Below, piece after piece: positions 52,205-61,979 of a stretch of 64,000 nucleotides of DNA. How positions within the stretch are numbered: position 1 is the first letter of the stretch; every line of letters begins with the position of its first letter. The notes beneath the pieces were generated by a model, which worked only from the letters and a program-made list of their open reading frames with translations, ran no database searches and was not told the DNA's origin. The stretch comes from Rubripirellula sp. GTDB taxonomy: Bacteria > Planctomycetota > Planctomycetia > Pirellulales > Pirellulaceae. The stretch lies in contig OZ244207.1 in assembly GCA_965216875.1 (NCBI GenBank), positions 2,080,001 through 2,144,000 of the forward strand, in the 5' to 3' direction. The translations under genes and the position numbers were made by a program.

Positions 52205-53158
52205 CTAACGACGCCTGATCAAATCATCGCGTTCGATCTTTTCGGACTCGATGATCGGGGCGATCTGACTTAGGAAACGATCCGCATCGACGGGATAACC
52301 GGCCGTCGCTTTGAGTGGATCATCGCCTTGATGACGAGCCTGAAAGAACGCATTGAACGATTCCATCGCCCGCTCGCGCAGGTACTTTGCGATCATCGAC
52401 GAGAACGCCACGGGCGTGAACGAATCGCCTTTGACCGTAAAGTGGACGCGAACAATTCGATCGCCAAGGCCTTGCATCTCATAAACGCTCTGCATCTTCG
52501 ATTCACTGACCACTCGCACGATCGAGTCGGGAAAATGATGTTGAAGCAGTCCCGCGTAATACCTCCGACCGCCGTGACGGTCACAAAAGACGGTTGCATC
52601 TTGTGATCGAGAAGATTGAGCTTCAAGCAGGTCCGCAACAAGCTTGATGGTGGACGCCGAGAGCACTTCCGCCTTGTTCCCATGTTGGCAAAGCGCGTTG
52701 AAACGCTTTGCCGGTACGATGTCGACCTGAGTTTGGCACAACGTTGCCCCCTGGCGGTTCCACTCCTTGATGAGGGAGTCGGTTTGCTCGTCGCCAAGCA
52801 ACGGGGCGGAGTCGGAATCGCGCAGCCAGGGAGTCGCCTTGAGTGTCTGAGCGGCGTTCGAATCAATCGTGTCGATCCAGTCCGAAAGAGATTGTGATTG
52901 TGGACTCGACCACCGCGCCGCCGCGCTGGCCACCGCGTGAAGAATCTCGAGCCCACCACCAGGCTTATAGACCGCTTTGGAGTCATTTACCACGACCATT
53001 GAATTGCCGCACGCGAGTTTTTGCCGCAGCGGTTCAAAGAAGTGATCGAGTTCATCTTGGGTGAAACCGCTCGAGGGCAACTCCCAGGCGGTTGCAGCGA
53101 CGACCAATGGCCCAAGTTTTGGTCCGTAGCCCGCTTCGTCTGTCGCAATCAATCGCAT
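52205..53158 (-). CDS. RNase HII-like protein (divergent)
   Basis: TDEAGYGPKLGPLVV, NDSK, FCDR, KGDS..VAFSSMIAK, GYP. Confidence 0.75.
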   Translation of the reverse strand: MRLIATDEAGYGPKLGPLVVAATAWELPSSGFTQDELDHFFEPLRQKLACGNSMVVVNDSKAVYKPGGGLEILHAVASAAARWSSPQSQSLSDWIDTIDSNAAQTLKATPWLRDSDSAPLLGDEQTDSLIKEWNRQGATLCQTQVDIVPAKRFNALCQHGNKAEVLSASTIKLVADLLEAQSSRSQDATVFCDRHGGRRYYAGLLQHHFPDSIVRVVSESKMQSVYEMQGLGDRIVRVHFTVKGDSFTPVAFSSMIAKYLRERAMESFNAFFQARHQGDDPLKATAGYPVDADRFLSQIAPIIESEKIERDDLIRRR

Positions 53159-53450
53159 CCTTCACCCGTCTCGCTGTGCTGGTCGTAGGGATGATACCGA
53201 AGCAAGCTCGACTTGCCACCAGCATGGTGCCGTCTGTGCTCAGTCAATCGCACTCGTTTTCCCGTAGGGCGGGCCGGCATGATCGTGACAACCGGACCAG
53301 CTTGAACGTGGAAGTTGCCTGAGGTCCTCGGATGCTCGTGGGCAGTGAATTTTGTCCAGCACACCCCGATAGCGGGACGTAAAGTTTGGCTGATTCTGTG
53401 TGCGCAGTCTTCGCAAACACAGGGACTCACGCACTTGCATCGATGCGATC

Positions 53451-54659
53451 ATGTCAACAGATAACAACACTGTCAGTGCAGCTGCCGCATGGCTCGTTCC
53501 CGATTCGGCCAGCGAGCACTTAAACGGTGAGGTTGAGCGCCTCGCTGAAGCATTGACCGTCAAATTCGAAGAACTGACGCTGATTCACCAACTCAGTGAA
53601 CGGCTAACGCTCGACGAAGACTCGGACGTGATCTGCGAAGCCCTCTTGCATGAGCTCGGTCCCTGCATCAATGCCGACACCTTGGCGATCGATCTGGTCT
53701 CGGACGACGACTCGCAACAAGCCGCGAAGCTGTATCAAACCGGCGAATCTCGACAGCTCGATTGGTTGCAACGGGTTGCGAGCGAAGCCGTGATCGCGGC
53801 GTTCAACGGTGATCACGAATCCGAGAACCGGCGGATCGCAATCTCGAACGATCCCGGAGCGAACGATGTCAAGGTTCGCGCCGTGATCGTACCGATCGAG
53901 CGACAGGGCATGCTGCTTGGACGCATGATCGCTGTTCGAACCATCGATCAAGCTGAATTCGGTACCGTCGAAGCCGACTTGATGAAGTCCACCTCGATGA
54001 TGCTTGGCGCTCACCTGATCAATCAGCGCCAGTACCGCGAAATGCAAAGCATGTTCGAGGGCACGATCCAATCGCTTGTTTCGGCTCTGGATGCAAAAGA
54101 TGCCTACACATGTGGCCATAGCTCACGCGTCGCGGACCTCGCAGTCGAACTCGCTCAACGTCTCGGGTTTGATGAAGACCACGTTGCCACGATTCGGATG
54201 GCGGGCATCCTGCATGACATCGGGAAGATTGGCGTTGAGGATTCCGTGCTTCGCAAGCCGGGACGATTGACCGACGAAGAATTCGAACAGATCAAGCAGC
54301 ACCCAGTGCTCGGCTACGAAATCCTGCAAGGGATTCGTCAATTCCGCAAGATTCTGCCGGCGGTGCGTCACCATCACGAATCTTGGGATGGCACCGGCTA
54401 CCCTGATGGTCTGTGCGGCGAATCGATTCCGAGAGACGCACAAGTCCTTGCCGTTGCCGATGCGTTCGACGCCATGACAAGCGACCGTCCCTACCGAACG
54501 GGAATGCCGCTCGATAAGGTCATTTCAATCTTCGAGAAGGGACGCGGGACGCAGTGGGCCGCCGATGTGGTTGACGTTTTGCTCTCGTGCCCTGAAGTCA
54601 TGCACGCCTACGCAAATCACCAATCCGTCGAAAGCGGAAGTGACGGGACGGCTGCTTAA
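53451..54659 (+). CDS. HD-GYP phosphodiesterase with GAF-like N-terminus
   Basis: GHSSRV, LHDIGK, HHHESWDGTGYPDGL, ADAFDAMTSDRPYR. Confidence 0.92.
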   Translation: MSTDNNTVSAAAAWLVPDSASEHLNGEVERLAEALTVKFEELTLIHQLSERLTLDEDSDVICEALLHELGPCINADTLAIDLVSDDDSQQAAKLYQTGESRQLDWLQRVASEAVIAAFNGDHESENRRIAISNDPGANDVKVRAVIVPIERQGMLLGRMIAVRTIDQAEFGTVEADLMKSTSMMLGAHLINQRQYREMQSMFEGTIQSLVSALDAKDAYTCGHSSRVADLAVELAQRLGFDEDHVATIRMAGILHDIGKIGVEDSVLRKPGRLTDEEFEQIKQHPVLGYEILQGIRQFRKILPAVRHHHESWDGTGYPDGLCGESIPRDAQVLAVADAFDAMTSDRPYRTGMPLDKVISIFEKGRGTQWAADVVDVLLSCPEVMHAYANHQSVESGSDGTAA

Positions 54660-54673
54660 GTGCACCCAGCCAC

Positions 54674-55915
54674 TCACTCTTCGCCACGTTCCTTTCGCAG
54701 CGATTGACTCACTCGACCGAGAATCTCTCGGTCTTCTTCACTAAGTGATTCATGTCCCTCTTCGTGAATCCGTGTCAGGATTGCATCCAGCCGCGCGACA
54801 TCATCTGCCTCGCGCCGCTCTTGCTCCATCGCATGGACCACGCGCCGGCGTTCACCGCGAACCGACATCGCTCGCTTCGCTTTTGCAATCCATCCGATCG
54901 GTTCTGCTGGCTGGTCAAGCATCACCGTGGCAAGGCGATCATCTTCGTCTTCCGGGCGAACCTTCCAGACCTGATGGCCCAACATCCATTCACCCAAGTC
55001 AGGCGATCGGCACGATGTCCAAAGCAGAATGGCAAGCACGAAAAACATTGGCCACCGTGGTATCGGTGCCGCCGCATCCAGACTGACCAGCGCCGCGGCA
55101 CCAACCATCGTGACCGCCGCAAGTGCGAACAGCAGTCGTCGAAAAATATCAACTTGTTGAACGGTATCGAGCTTCGGTGAACTGAAGCTGACAATCGATG
55201 CCATGATCTGGCGACCGAACGTGCGCTGGAGCGGAAACAGGTGACACAAGACTTGGACCCACAACAACCACGCGCCCACTTTGAGTGTCGAGTCGACAGC
55301 GGCAAGTTCGACATTCGGCGCCGAAAGGATGGGCGACTTCGTCGTCTGCTCAACGACCGGCTTTTGAAAATCGCCGGCCGCCCACCAAAGAAACATCCCG
55401 CCCAACACGAGCGCCAAGATCGGGAAGACCGCCGTGAAGAAGGAAAGCCCAGCAGGAATTCGCCGAGGCGTCGTGCGAATGCCGATCAGGTTAATCGTTA
55501 GCTGCGGAAACCAAATGCCGCAAGCCGAGCCAGCAACCAGCTTGGTCGCCAATTGGATCAACCACCCCATCACCCAGAATCCCAGTCCCATCAGCCCAAC
55601 GACGGGAAGGTCGGCGTTGGTTTGATTGTCGCTCACCAGCAGGACCACCACGGCGACGACCAAAACGATCGGCATCACCGCCGGCGAAAGATTCAAGCGT
55701 GTTCGCCCCAGTCTTCCCAGCGAAAAAGCAAGCGCAGAAGTGATCGGCCTCTCGACCACCGGGGCTGCACAGACCTTGTTGGATCCTGACTTGCCGGGAC
55801 CAGGTTGCCCAGCCCCAGAATCCATCGTGTTGGCGGCAGGCATCGGAAGCATCAGGGGTGGTGGGATCGATGGGGGACAAAGGGCAAGGAAGGCACTTCC
55901 CCCGTTTCGTGCCAC
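54674..55915 (-). CDS. Membrane protein resembling a degenerate M50 site-2 protease (start uncertain, likely downstream of 55915)
   Basis: About 6 TM helices; C-terminal LDAILTRIHEEGHESLSEEDREIL; no HExxH. Confidence 0.55.
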   Translation of the reverse strand: MARNGGSAFLALCPPSIPPPLMLPMPAANTMDSGAGQPGPGKSGSNKVCAAPVVERPITSALAFSLGRLGRTRLNLSPAVMPIVLVVAVVVLLVSDNQTNADLPVVGLMGLGFWVMGWLIQLATKLVAGSACGIWFPQLTINLIGIRTTPRRIPAGLSFFTAVFPILALVLGGMFLWWAAGDFQKPVVEQTTKSPILSAPNVELAAVDSTLKVGAWLLWVQVLCHLFPLQRTFGRQIMASIVSFSSPKLDTVQQVDIFRRLLFALAAVTMVGAAALVSLDAAAPIPRWPMFFVLAILLWTSCRSPDLGEWMLGHQVWKVRPEDEDDRLATVMLDQPAEPIGWIAKAKRAMSVRGERRRVVHAMEQERREADDVARLDAILTRIHEEGHESLSEEDREILGRVSQSLRKERGEE

Positions 55916-55965
55916 TACGGATCAAGGCGTCACAGGGTTCTCGATTTGAACGCGATCCAGGAAAG

Positions 55966-56044
55966 TCGAATTCTTTCGATTTCGAGGTTGACTCCTTAAG
56001 CAAGTCGCGTATCTAATGATTTCGATGTTCGAATTCTTTCGATT
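55966..56044 (+). promoter_or_regulatory. Promoter and putative operator of the BlaI-like operon
   Basis: TCGAATTCTTTCGATT at 55966 and 56029; -35 TTGACT (55988), 18 nt, -10 TCTAAT (56012); GGAGG at 56049. Confidence 0.65.
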
Positions 56045-56059
56045 CGCTGGAGGCATGTT

Positions 56060-56449
56060 TTGGCACGGCACACGACGCGGCACCCAACCGACCTGGAACT
56101 CGAAATCCTCAAGCGGCTTTGGCAAAGCGAACCGCTCAGCGGAAGGCAGATCCGCGATGCTCTGAATCCGGAACGTGAGTTGACCTACCAGTCGGTCATG
56201 ACCGTGCTGGGGATCATGGAGGAAAAGGGATACGTCAAGCGGAAGAAGGAAGGCAGCTCGTACCTTTATCGGGCTCGGGTCACCGAACAGGCGACCTCCA
56301 AAAACATGCTGGCCGATCTCGTCCAGCGTTTGTTCAACGGATCGGCGACAGCCGCAATGTTGAACCTGCTTGAAACTTCGGACTTGAGCGATGAAGAGCT
56401 TTCGAAGTTACGTGATTCGGTCAATCGCAAACACGACCAGGGGGAGTGA
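56060..56449 (+). CDS. BlaI/MecI/CopY family repressor
   Basis: TDLELEILKRLW, YQSVMTVL..MEEKGYV, LFNGS, EELSKLR. Confidence 0.93.
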   Translation: MARHTTRHPTDLELEILKRLWQSEPLSGRQIRDALNPERELTYQSVMTVLGIMEEKGYVKRKKEGSSYLYRARVTEQATSKNMLADLVQRLFNGSATAAMLNLLETSDLSDEELSKLRDSVNRKHDQGE

Positions 56450-56453
56450 TCCG

Positions 56454-59177
56454 ATGCAATGGGATTTAGAGTTCTGCACGACGTTGATCAAAGCGTTCGG
56501 GCACTTCGTTTGGCAAGCGACCCTAATTGGCGGTTTGTTCGTTGTCGCGATGAACGCACTCCGCCGTTCATCTCCGAGCGCGCGATACAACCTCGGTTTA
56601 ATGACGCTCGTGCTTCTGGCCCTTTGTGTCCCTGTGACGTTCGTCTACTTGGCCCAAGACACGACGGATGCGGCGCTGCCTGTGGCCGCGGTTGTCACAG
56701 ATCCGAGTCCCGATCCAACTTTGATGATGCAAAACGCCGATGCTTCAGTTGGCAGTACGCTCGTTCAACAAGCAGACCCCCAACGTGTCTCCGTCCCCGG
56801 CGGAATCCTTACACCCAGCGTGAACGCATCGGCCGAGACGGCGAGCTTTGAAATTGTGCATTGGTCGCCTTGGATCATGCTGGTTTACCTTTGCGGGGTC
56901 GCATTCTTTGCGCTCCGATTGGCCGTGGGTGTGAGCATCGGTCGACGGCTCCGTCGAGCAGGCGAAGAGGTCAGCGACGCGCGTTTCTTGTCGACAATCG
57001 ATCGTGCTTGCAGCGCCGTGCGTTTGCGCAGCCGTCCATCGATTCTGTGGTGCAAACGAGCCGTCGTTCCTGCGGTGGTGGGGATCCTCCGTCCTGTCGT
57101 TTTATTGCCGATGGCATGCCGCAACGGTTTGACCGCCGAACAACTCGAGCAGATTCTGATTCACGAACTGAATCACATTCGGCGGTTCGACCACATCGTG
57201 AACCTTCTTCAAACAACACTTGAGGCGATCCTTTTCTTTCACCCCGTGGTTTGGCTGGTCTCGCGCCGAGTGCGGCTTGAACGCGAGTTTTGTTGCGACG
57301 CGGCGGTGCTGAAGTCGGGCGTGCCGACGGTTGACTACGTGAATCTGTTGATTGATGTTGCCGAGCAATGTCGCAACAACGAGAACGCTAAAGTGGTGCT
57401 GCAAGTTCCTGCGACCGACAAACAATCAGAACTCGCACTTCGCGTTGAACGCATGTTGGGCAATCATGCGGGTCGCCGCTCGACAGTGGGTGGCGCGAGC
57501 TTGTTTACGATCCTTGCGACACTCATCGCATTCCTGACCCTGGCCGTCCAACAGCCTGCAGCGGCCGATCCCGCGATTCCGCAAGAAGCGACTGCGCAAC
57601 CGGCCGACGACTCCAAACAAGCAAGCGACACGACTCCAAACAACGCGGTGAATACCGAGAAACCTGCGGCTGAAGGCGAGATCGTTGGTGTGGTCATCGA
57701 TCGCGAGGGCAAGCCGATCGAAGGTGTACTGATCGATGCCTGGACTTGGGCACCTGGATCGGAAACCAAAACCGACAGTCGCGGTCGATTTCGGTTGGAT
57801 GGTCAGGCGGACAATCGAGAGAAACTGGAGGTCCGTTTCAGCAAGCAGGGCTATTCACCTCACTACATCGTCCAGCAGCCGACCGGTGGGCCAAGTTTGA
57901 CGATCACCCTCGGACGCCAAACTTACATCGAAGGTCGCGTGCTTGATCCCGACGGCAAACCTGTCGCTGGTGCAACGGTGATCGGTGAGCAGGGGGCGAA
58001 ACAAGGTGATGGCGTCCATATCAGCAGCGTCAAGACAACCACGCGATCTGGTCAGGACGGCAAGTACCGAATGTACGTCTTTCCCGATGTCTACGAGATG
58101 AAGGTTGCGGTCCCTGGATCGGGAGTCGCGCGAATCTCGGACGTGTCGGTCTCCCCCGACGAAGCCAAGACGCTCGACATTCAGCTTGCCAGAGGTGTGC
58201 GTTTCGAGGCGAATGTGATTGATGCCGACACGCGTGAGCCGGTCGAAGGGTTCGTACTTTGGTCGTGGCGTCATCGCAATTTCATCGGCAAGTCGGATCC
58301 CCGCGGGACGATTGTCATTGACGGGATGTTGCCAGGGAAATTTGAATTCAATGTGGGACATGGCGAACCTCGCAAATACCAAGACATGACCTATTACGAC
58401 CACGGGGATCTCGGACGGTGGTGGTCGAATGACGCGATCGGCCATGACGAGACACTGACGCTCGAAGAAAGCGGTTGGCAACGCAACTTTGATGATTTGA
58501 CCTTTGATCTTTCCGTTGGCATGCCGCCCGTCACGATCGAGGTCGAAAAGGGTGTTGTCTTTAAGGGCCGAGTGCTCGATCCAAATGGCAAGCCCGTCGC
58601 TGGCGCCACCGTGGCTCCAGCCCACACCGGGACGGGCAACTCATTGACCGGCGACACTCGCTATAGCGTGACGACCCAAGAGGACGGAACCTATCGGGCG
58701 GTGATGCCCGCCGGAAACGCTGTCGCGTACAACTTGGTCGCGCACGACGGTAAATACCAACAGTGGCGAAACTGGGCCAACGGCGTCACCCAACCGCGAC
58801 ACACGTCCCCCGGCGAAACGATCGATGGATACGACCTCCAACTCGTGAGGCCGTGCAGTGTGATCGGTAAGGTTGTTGCTAAGGGCGGAAAGCCAGTGAA
58901 AGGGTTGCGCGTTCGAGCCCATGCCACCGATCTGTTTGGGAATCGCTATTACGATCCGACGACGCGCACTGATGCGGATGGCAACTTTGAGCTCAAGTTC
59001 ATCCGCCCAGGTGAACACCATATTCAAGTCGAGCCATTTTGGTTGTCCGGTGGCGATGCCCCTGGAGCGTCGTCAGTCCGAGTGCGACTCGGCGCTGGCG
59101 AGGTGCAACAAGGAATCGAGTTGCAGCAGCCCGACGAGCAACCTCAGTTCTTCATTCCAGCGCCCGCCGCGCCCTAA
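56454..59177 (+). CDS. BlaR1-like M56 metallopeptidase with carboxypeptidase-regulatory-like repeats
   Basis: PAVVGILRP, HELNHIRRFD, FFHP.VW, REFCCD; repeated G.V.D..GKPV.GA.V. Confidence 0.9.
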   Translation: MQWDLEFCTTLIKAFGHFVWQATLIGGLFVVAMNALRRSSPSARYNLGLMTLVLLALCVPVTFVYLAQDTTDAALPVAAVVTDPSPDPTLMMQNADASVGSTLVQQADPQRVSVPGGILTPSVNASAETASFEIVHWSPWIMLVYLCGVAFFALRLAVGVSIGRRLRRAGEEVSDARFLSTIDRACSAVRLRSRPSILWCKRAVVPAVVGILRPVVLLPMACRNGLTAEQLEQILIHELNHIRRFDHIVNLLQTTLEAILFFHPVVWLVSRRVRLEREFCCDAAVLKSGVPTVDYVNLLIDVAEQCRNNENAKVVLQVPATDKQSELALRVERMLGNHAGRRSTVGGASLFTILATLIAFLTLAVQQPAAADPAIPQEATAQPADDSKQASDTTPNNAVNTEKPAAEGEIVGVVIDREGKPIEGVLIDAWTWAPGSETKTDSRGRFRLDGQADNREKLEVRFSKQGYSPHYIVQQPTGGPSLTITLGRQTYIEGRVLDPDGKPVAGATVIGEQGAKQGDGVHISSVKTTTRSGQDGKYRMYVFPDVYEMKVAVPGSGVARISDVSVSPDEAKTLDIQLARGVRFEANVIDADTREPVEGFVLWSWRHRNFIGKSDPRGTIVIDGMLPGKFEFNVGHGEPRKYQDMTYYDHGDLGRWWSNDAIGHDETLTLEESGWQRNFDDLTFDLSVGMPPVTIEVEKGVVFKGRVLDPNGKPVAGATVAPAHTGTGNSLTGDTRYSVTTQEDGTYRAVMPAGNAVAYNLVAHDGKYQQWRNWANGVTQPRHTSPGETIDGYDLQLVRPCSVIGKVVAKGGKPVKGLRVRAHATDLFGNRYYDPTTRTDADGNFELKFIRPGEHHIQVEPFWLSGGDAPGASSVRVRLGAGEVQQGIELQQPDEQPQFFIPAPAAP

Positions 59178-59779
59178 ACTGAGCCGAAGGCGCTAGCCTC
59201 GGGCCCTACACAGAATCAAGCAACTCTCTGCTCTTTCCAAAACCAAACCACAATCGAAGATCGAAACCGCAAATGAACGTAAATGAACGTAAATGAACGT
59301 AAATGAACGTAAATGAACGTAAATGAACGCAGATAACTCAAAACCAATCTGCGTTCATCGGCGTCCATCTGTGGTTGCCTTTCTAGCGCATCCAAACGCC
59401 CCGATTCTGAACAACGATTTGCATACTGAGGCGAAGGCGCTAGCCTCGGGCCCTACACAGCCCCAAGCAACTCCCCGCTCTTTCCAAAGTCAATCCGCAA
59501 TCGAAGATCGAAACCGCGGATAAACGCAAATGAACGCAGATGATCTAAGCCCAATCAGCGTTCATCTGCGTCCATCTGTGGTTGCCTTTCTAGCGCATCC
59601 AAACGCCCCGTTCCTGAACAACGATTTGGAAACTGAGCCGAAGACGCTAGCCTCGGGCCCTCCGCAGCCTCAAGCAACTCCCCGCTCATTCCGGAGCCAA
59701 ATCAAAATCGAAGATCAGAACCGCAGATAAACGCAAATGAACGCAGATAACCCAAAACCAATCTGCGTCCATCTGTGGT
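59178..59779 (+). repeat. Tandem array of 3 composite units (247, 207 and about 148 bp) with an internal 10-bp VNTR
   Basis: Units start at 59178, 59425 and 59632 with ACTGAGSCGAAGRCGCTAGCCTCGGGCCCT; AAATGAACGY x6 at 59271-59330. Confidence 0.92.
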
Positions 59780-59933
59780 CGACGTTCTGCCGAATCAAAA
59801 CGACAGCTTGCAAGTCCGTAGTACCGCGATTTATCCGGAATCTAATTCCTTTCCGCCTAATGGCGCTACGACAAACGTAGTTATTCGTAAGGAATGAGAA
59901 TGACGTCCGGGCGCGTGCCGTACACAGCAATCG

Positions 59934-60641
59934 CTACTCTTCGCTCGCCAGAATGTAGCCGACACCGCGGACCGATTTGATCCGCTGCGGCTTGTTCGGA
60001 TCATCACCGATCTTCTTGCGAAGACGTGAGATTCGCAGGTCAATGGAGCGGTCGAGACCATCGTAACGCACGTCCAACAGATCTTGATAGATCTGATCGC
60101 GTGGCACGACTCGACCGGCATGTTCAGCCAACAGCCATAGCAGGTCAAACTCTGCCGTTGTCAGGTCAACATCGCTGCCAGCAAGGACGACTCGACGGCT
60201 TGCCGAGTCGATGGTCAATTCCCCAACCGAAATGCGCGTCGTTTGGCTGGATGACGGCGTCGTGTCGACGCGCCGCAGGTGCATTCGAAGCCTCGCCAGT
60301 AGCGCGCGGGGCCGAACCGGTTTGGCCATGTAATCGTCGGCGCCCACTTCCAACGCGACCACTTCATCAATCTCGTCACCACGTGCCGTCAGCATCACGA
60401 TGGGGCCGAGAAAATCATTGCGCACGGCGCGGCAAATCTCGATGCCGTCCATTCCTGGCAATCCAATGTCCAGAACGAGTCCTTCGAACTCTTCGTCTTG
60501 AACTCGTTTGACCGCCGAGACGCCGTTAGCTTCCACCGTCACGACAAACCCGTGTTCACCCAGAAAATCCGCAACCATCGAAGCAAGTTGAGAGTCATCT
60601 TCGACCAACAGGAGACGGTAGGGGGCGTTCGATTCGACCAA
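59934..60641 (-). CDS. OmpR/PhoB-family response regulator (RstA-like)
   Basis: LLVEDD, LDIGLPG, MLTA, GADDYMAKP, DRSIDLRISRLRKK, KSVRGVGY. Confidence 0.93.
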   Translation of the reverse strand: MVESNAPYRLLLVEDDSQLASMVADFLGEHGFVVTVEANGVSAVKRVQDEEFEGLVLDIGLPGMDGIEICRAVRNDFLGPIVMLTARGDEIDEVVALEVGADDYMAKPVRPRALLARLRMHLRRVDTTPSSSQTTRISVGELTIDSASRRVVLAGSDVDLTTAEFDLLWLLAEHAGRVVPRDQIYQDLLDVRYDGLDRSIDLRISRLRKKIGDDPNKPQRIKSVRGVGYILASEE

Positions 60642-60796
60642 CGGAAAGACCAGGGGTTGCGCGACGTTGAATGAGCAAACGCGGCAAGCAGTGTGCCGCT
60701 AGAGAACAAAATACCACTCCTTGGCATCCTTTGCATCATTCAGAAACGAGCCGATACAATCCGCGGCGATCGCAAACGCTAACAAGATAGGGAAAC

Positions 60797-61963
60797 TCAG
60801 GAACCGATCGGTTCAAGCGTTTCCCTTTCGACGTTTTCCACATAGCCGTGCGTTTGACAGAAATCTGCCCATTGGCGTTGGATGTTTTCGCGCTCTTCAT
60901 CGCTCAAGTCGTACCGATTGGTCTGATAACCCTTGGTTAACGACAGATACGATGCGATTCCGTCCCGCGCTTGCTCAAAGTCTTCTAAACTGAGCGTGTC
61001 GTAAACGCGTTTGACCTCGGCCATCGGATCGGCGACGAGGTTCTCGTAGTGCACGCAGCAGAATTGGTTTTCGCCCAACGTTGCTTGATCGCGTTGCACC
61101 AATCGATGCATCTCGTTGAACTCGTTAATCACAACCTCTTCGAGGCCTTGGTGCGTTGGTACCTGGAGCGATTGTGATTCGTGAATGACTTGCCACAAAC
61201 GCACGGTCGACGGAAAGACAACCATCGGGTCGCGAACGATGTACACAAACTTGGCGTTCGGGAAGAGTTCCGCCAGATGTTTGATCCGGCAAGTGTGTTG
61301 GGGAGACTTCAGGACGATGCGTTTGTTTCGTCGGAAAGTGATCGCCTGAAGGAATTGCCGAAACTGCCACTTCCACTGTGCGATCGTGGCATCGCTCTGG
61401 TGATCCAAATCGGGGCTGACCGAATCGTCCCAGTCTTTGTTCGGGAAAGCAAAGCGATGGAACCGCGACGGCATTCCTAAACAACACATCGCCGCCTCAT
61501 CTTCCTGGGGCCGATCCGTGCCTTGAAGCATTCGATCGGCGAGTCGCTGCTTGGGAAGAATCAGGTTCAACCAGCGTGCAAACCACCTCTCGGTCAGAAG
61601 GAAATGGTGCGGCGCAAAGCACTCGTACGTCGTCGGATAAGTGTGTCGCGGGTCGCTGCAGAGAAGTTCTTGAAGCAGGGTGGTGCCGCTTCGATAGTGG
61701 CCGATGACAAAAATGGGACCTTCGTTGACTGGGGTCTGTGCGATCTTGCGTCGATACAACAGCGACTGCAACGAGCCCATCACGGAGTTGTTGATGCTGA
61801 ACAGGGTCACCATCAACGCCATTGGCCAGCGCGACGGCGACACCCGATAGTTGCCCTTGCGCAAGAGCCCAAGCCAAGCACCAAAGTTCATCCCGTGCCA
61901 GAGTTTGGGCACAAGGAAACTTTCTTTTGAGTTGACGTCGACTTCGGTCTTAGGACGTTTCAT
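60797..61963 (-). CDS. PAPS-dependent sulfotransferase
   Basis: PIFVIGHYRSGTT (5'-PSB), VLKSPQH, YIVRDP...S (3'-PB), YENLVADP. Confidence 0.9.
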   Translation of the reverse strand: MKRPKTEVDVNSKESFLVPKLWHGMNFGAWLGLLRKGNYRVSPSRWPMALMVTLFSINNSVMGSLQSLLYRRKIAQTPVNEGPIFVIGHYRSGTTLLQELLCSDPRHTYPTTYECFAPHHFLLTERWFARWLNLILPKQRLADRMLQGTDRPQEDEAAMCCLGMPSRFHRFAFPNKDWDDSVSPDLDHQSDATIAQWKWQFRQFLQAITFRRNKRIVLKSPQHTCRIKHLAELFPNAKFVYIVRDPMVVFPSTVRLWQVIHESQSLQVPTHQGLEEVVINEFNEMHRLVQRDQATLGENQFCCVHYENLVADPMAEVKRVYDTLSLEDFEQARDGIASYLSLTKGYQTNRYDLSDEERENIQRQWADFCQTHGYVENVERETLEPIGS

Positions 61964-61979
61964 GGGACGTGGCTAGCAA

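Noticed and set aside
59323..59730. Two near-identical 66-aa ORFs
   Set aside because: They arise from the 207-bp repeat unit; no RBS, and the starts lie inside the 10-mer repeat.
59178..59779. Possible CRISPR array
   Set aside because: Spacers are homologous to each other, units exceed 200 bp, and there are no cas genes.
60721..60736. Sigma-54-like TGGCATCCTTTGCA
   Set aside because: GG-to-GC spacing is 2 nt short and it is on the wrong strand for the neighbouring genes.
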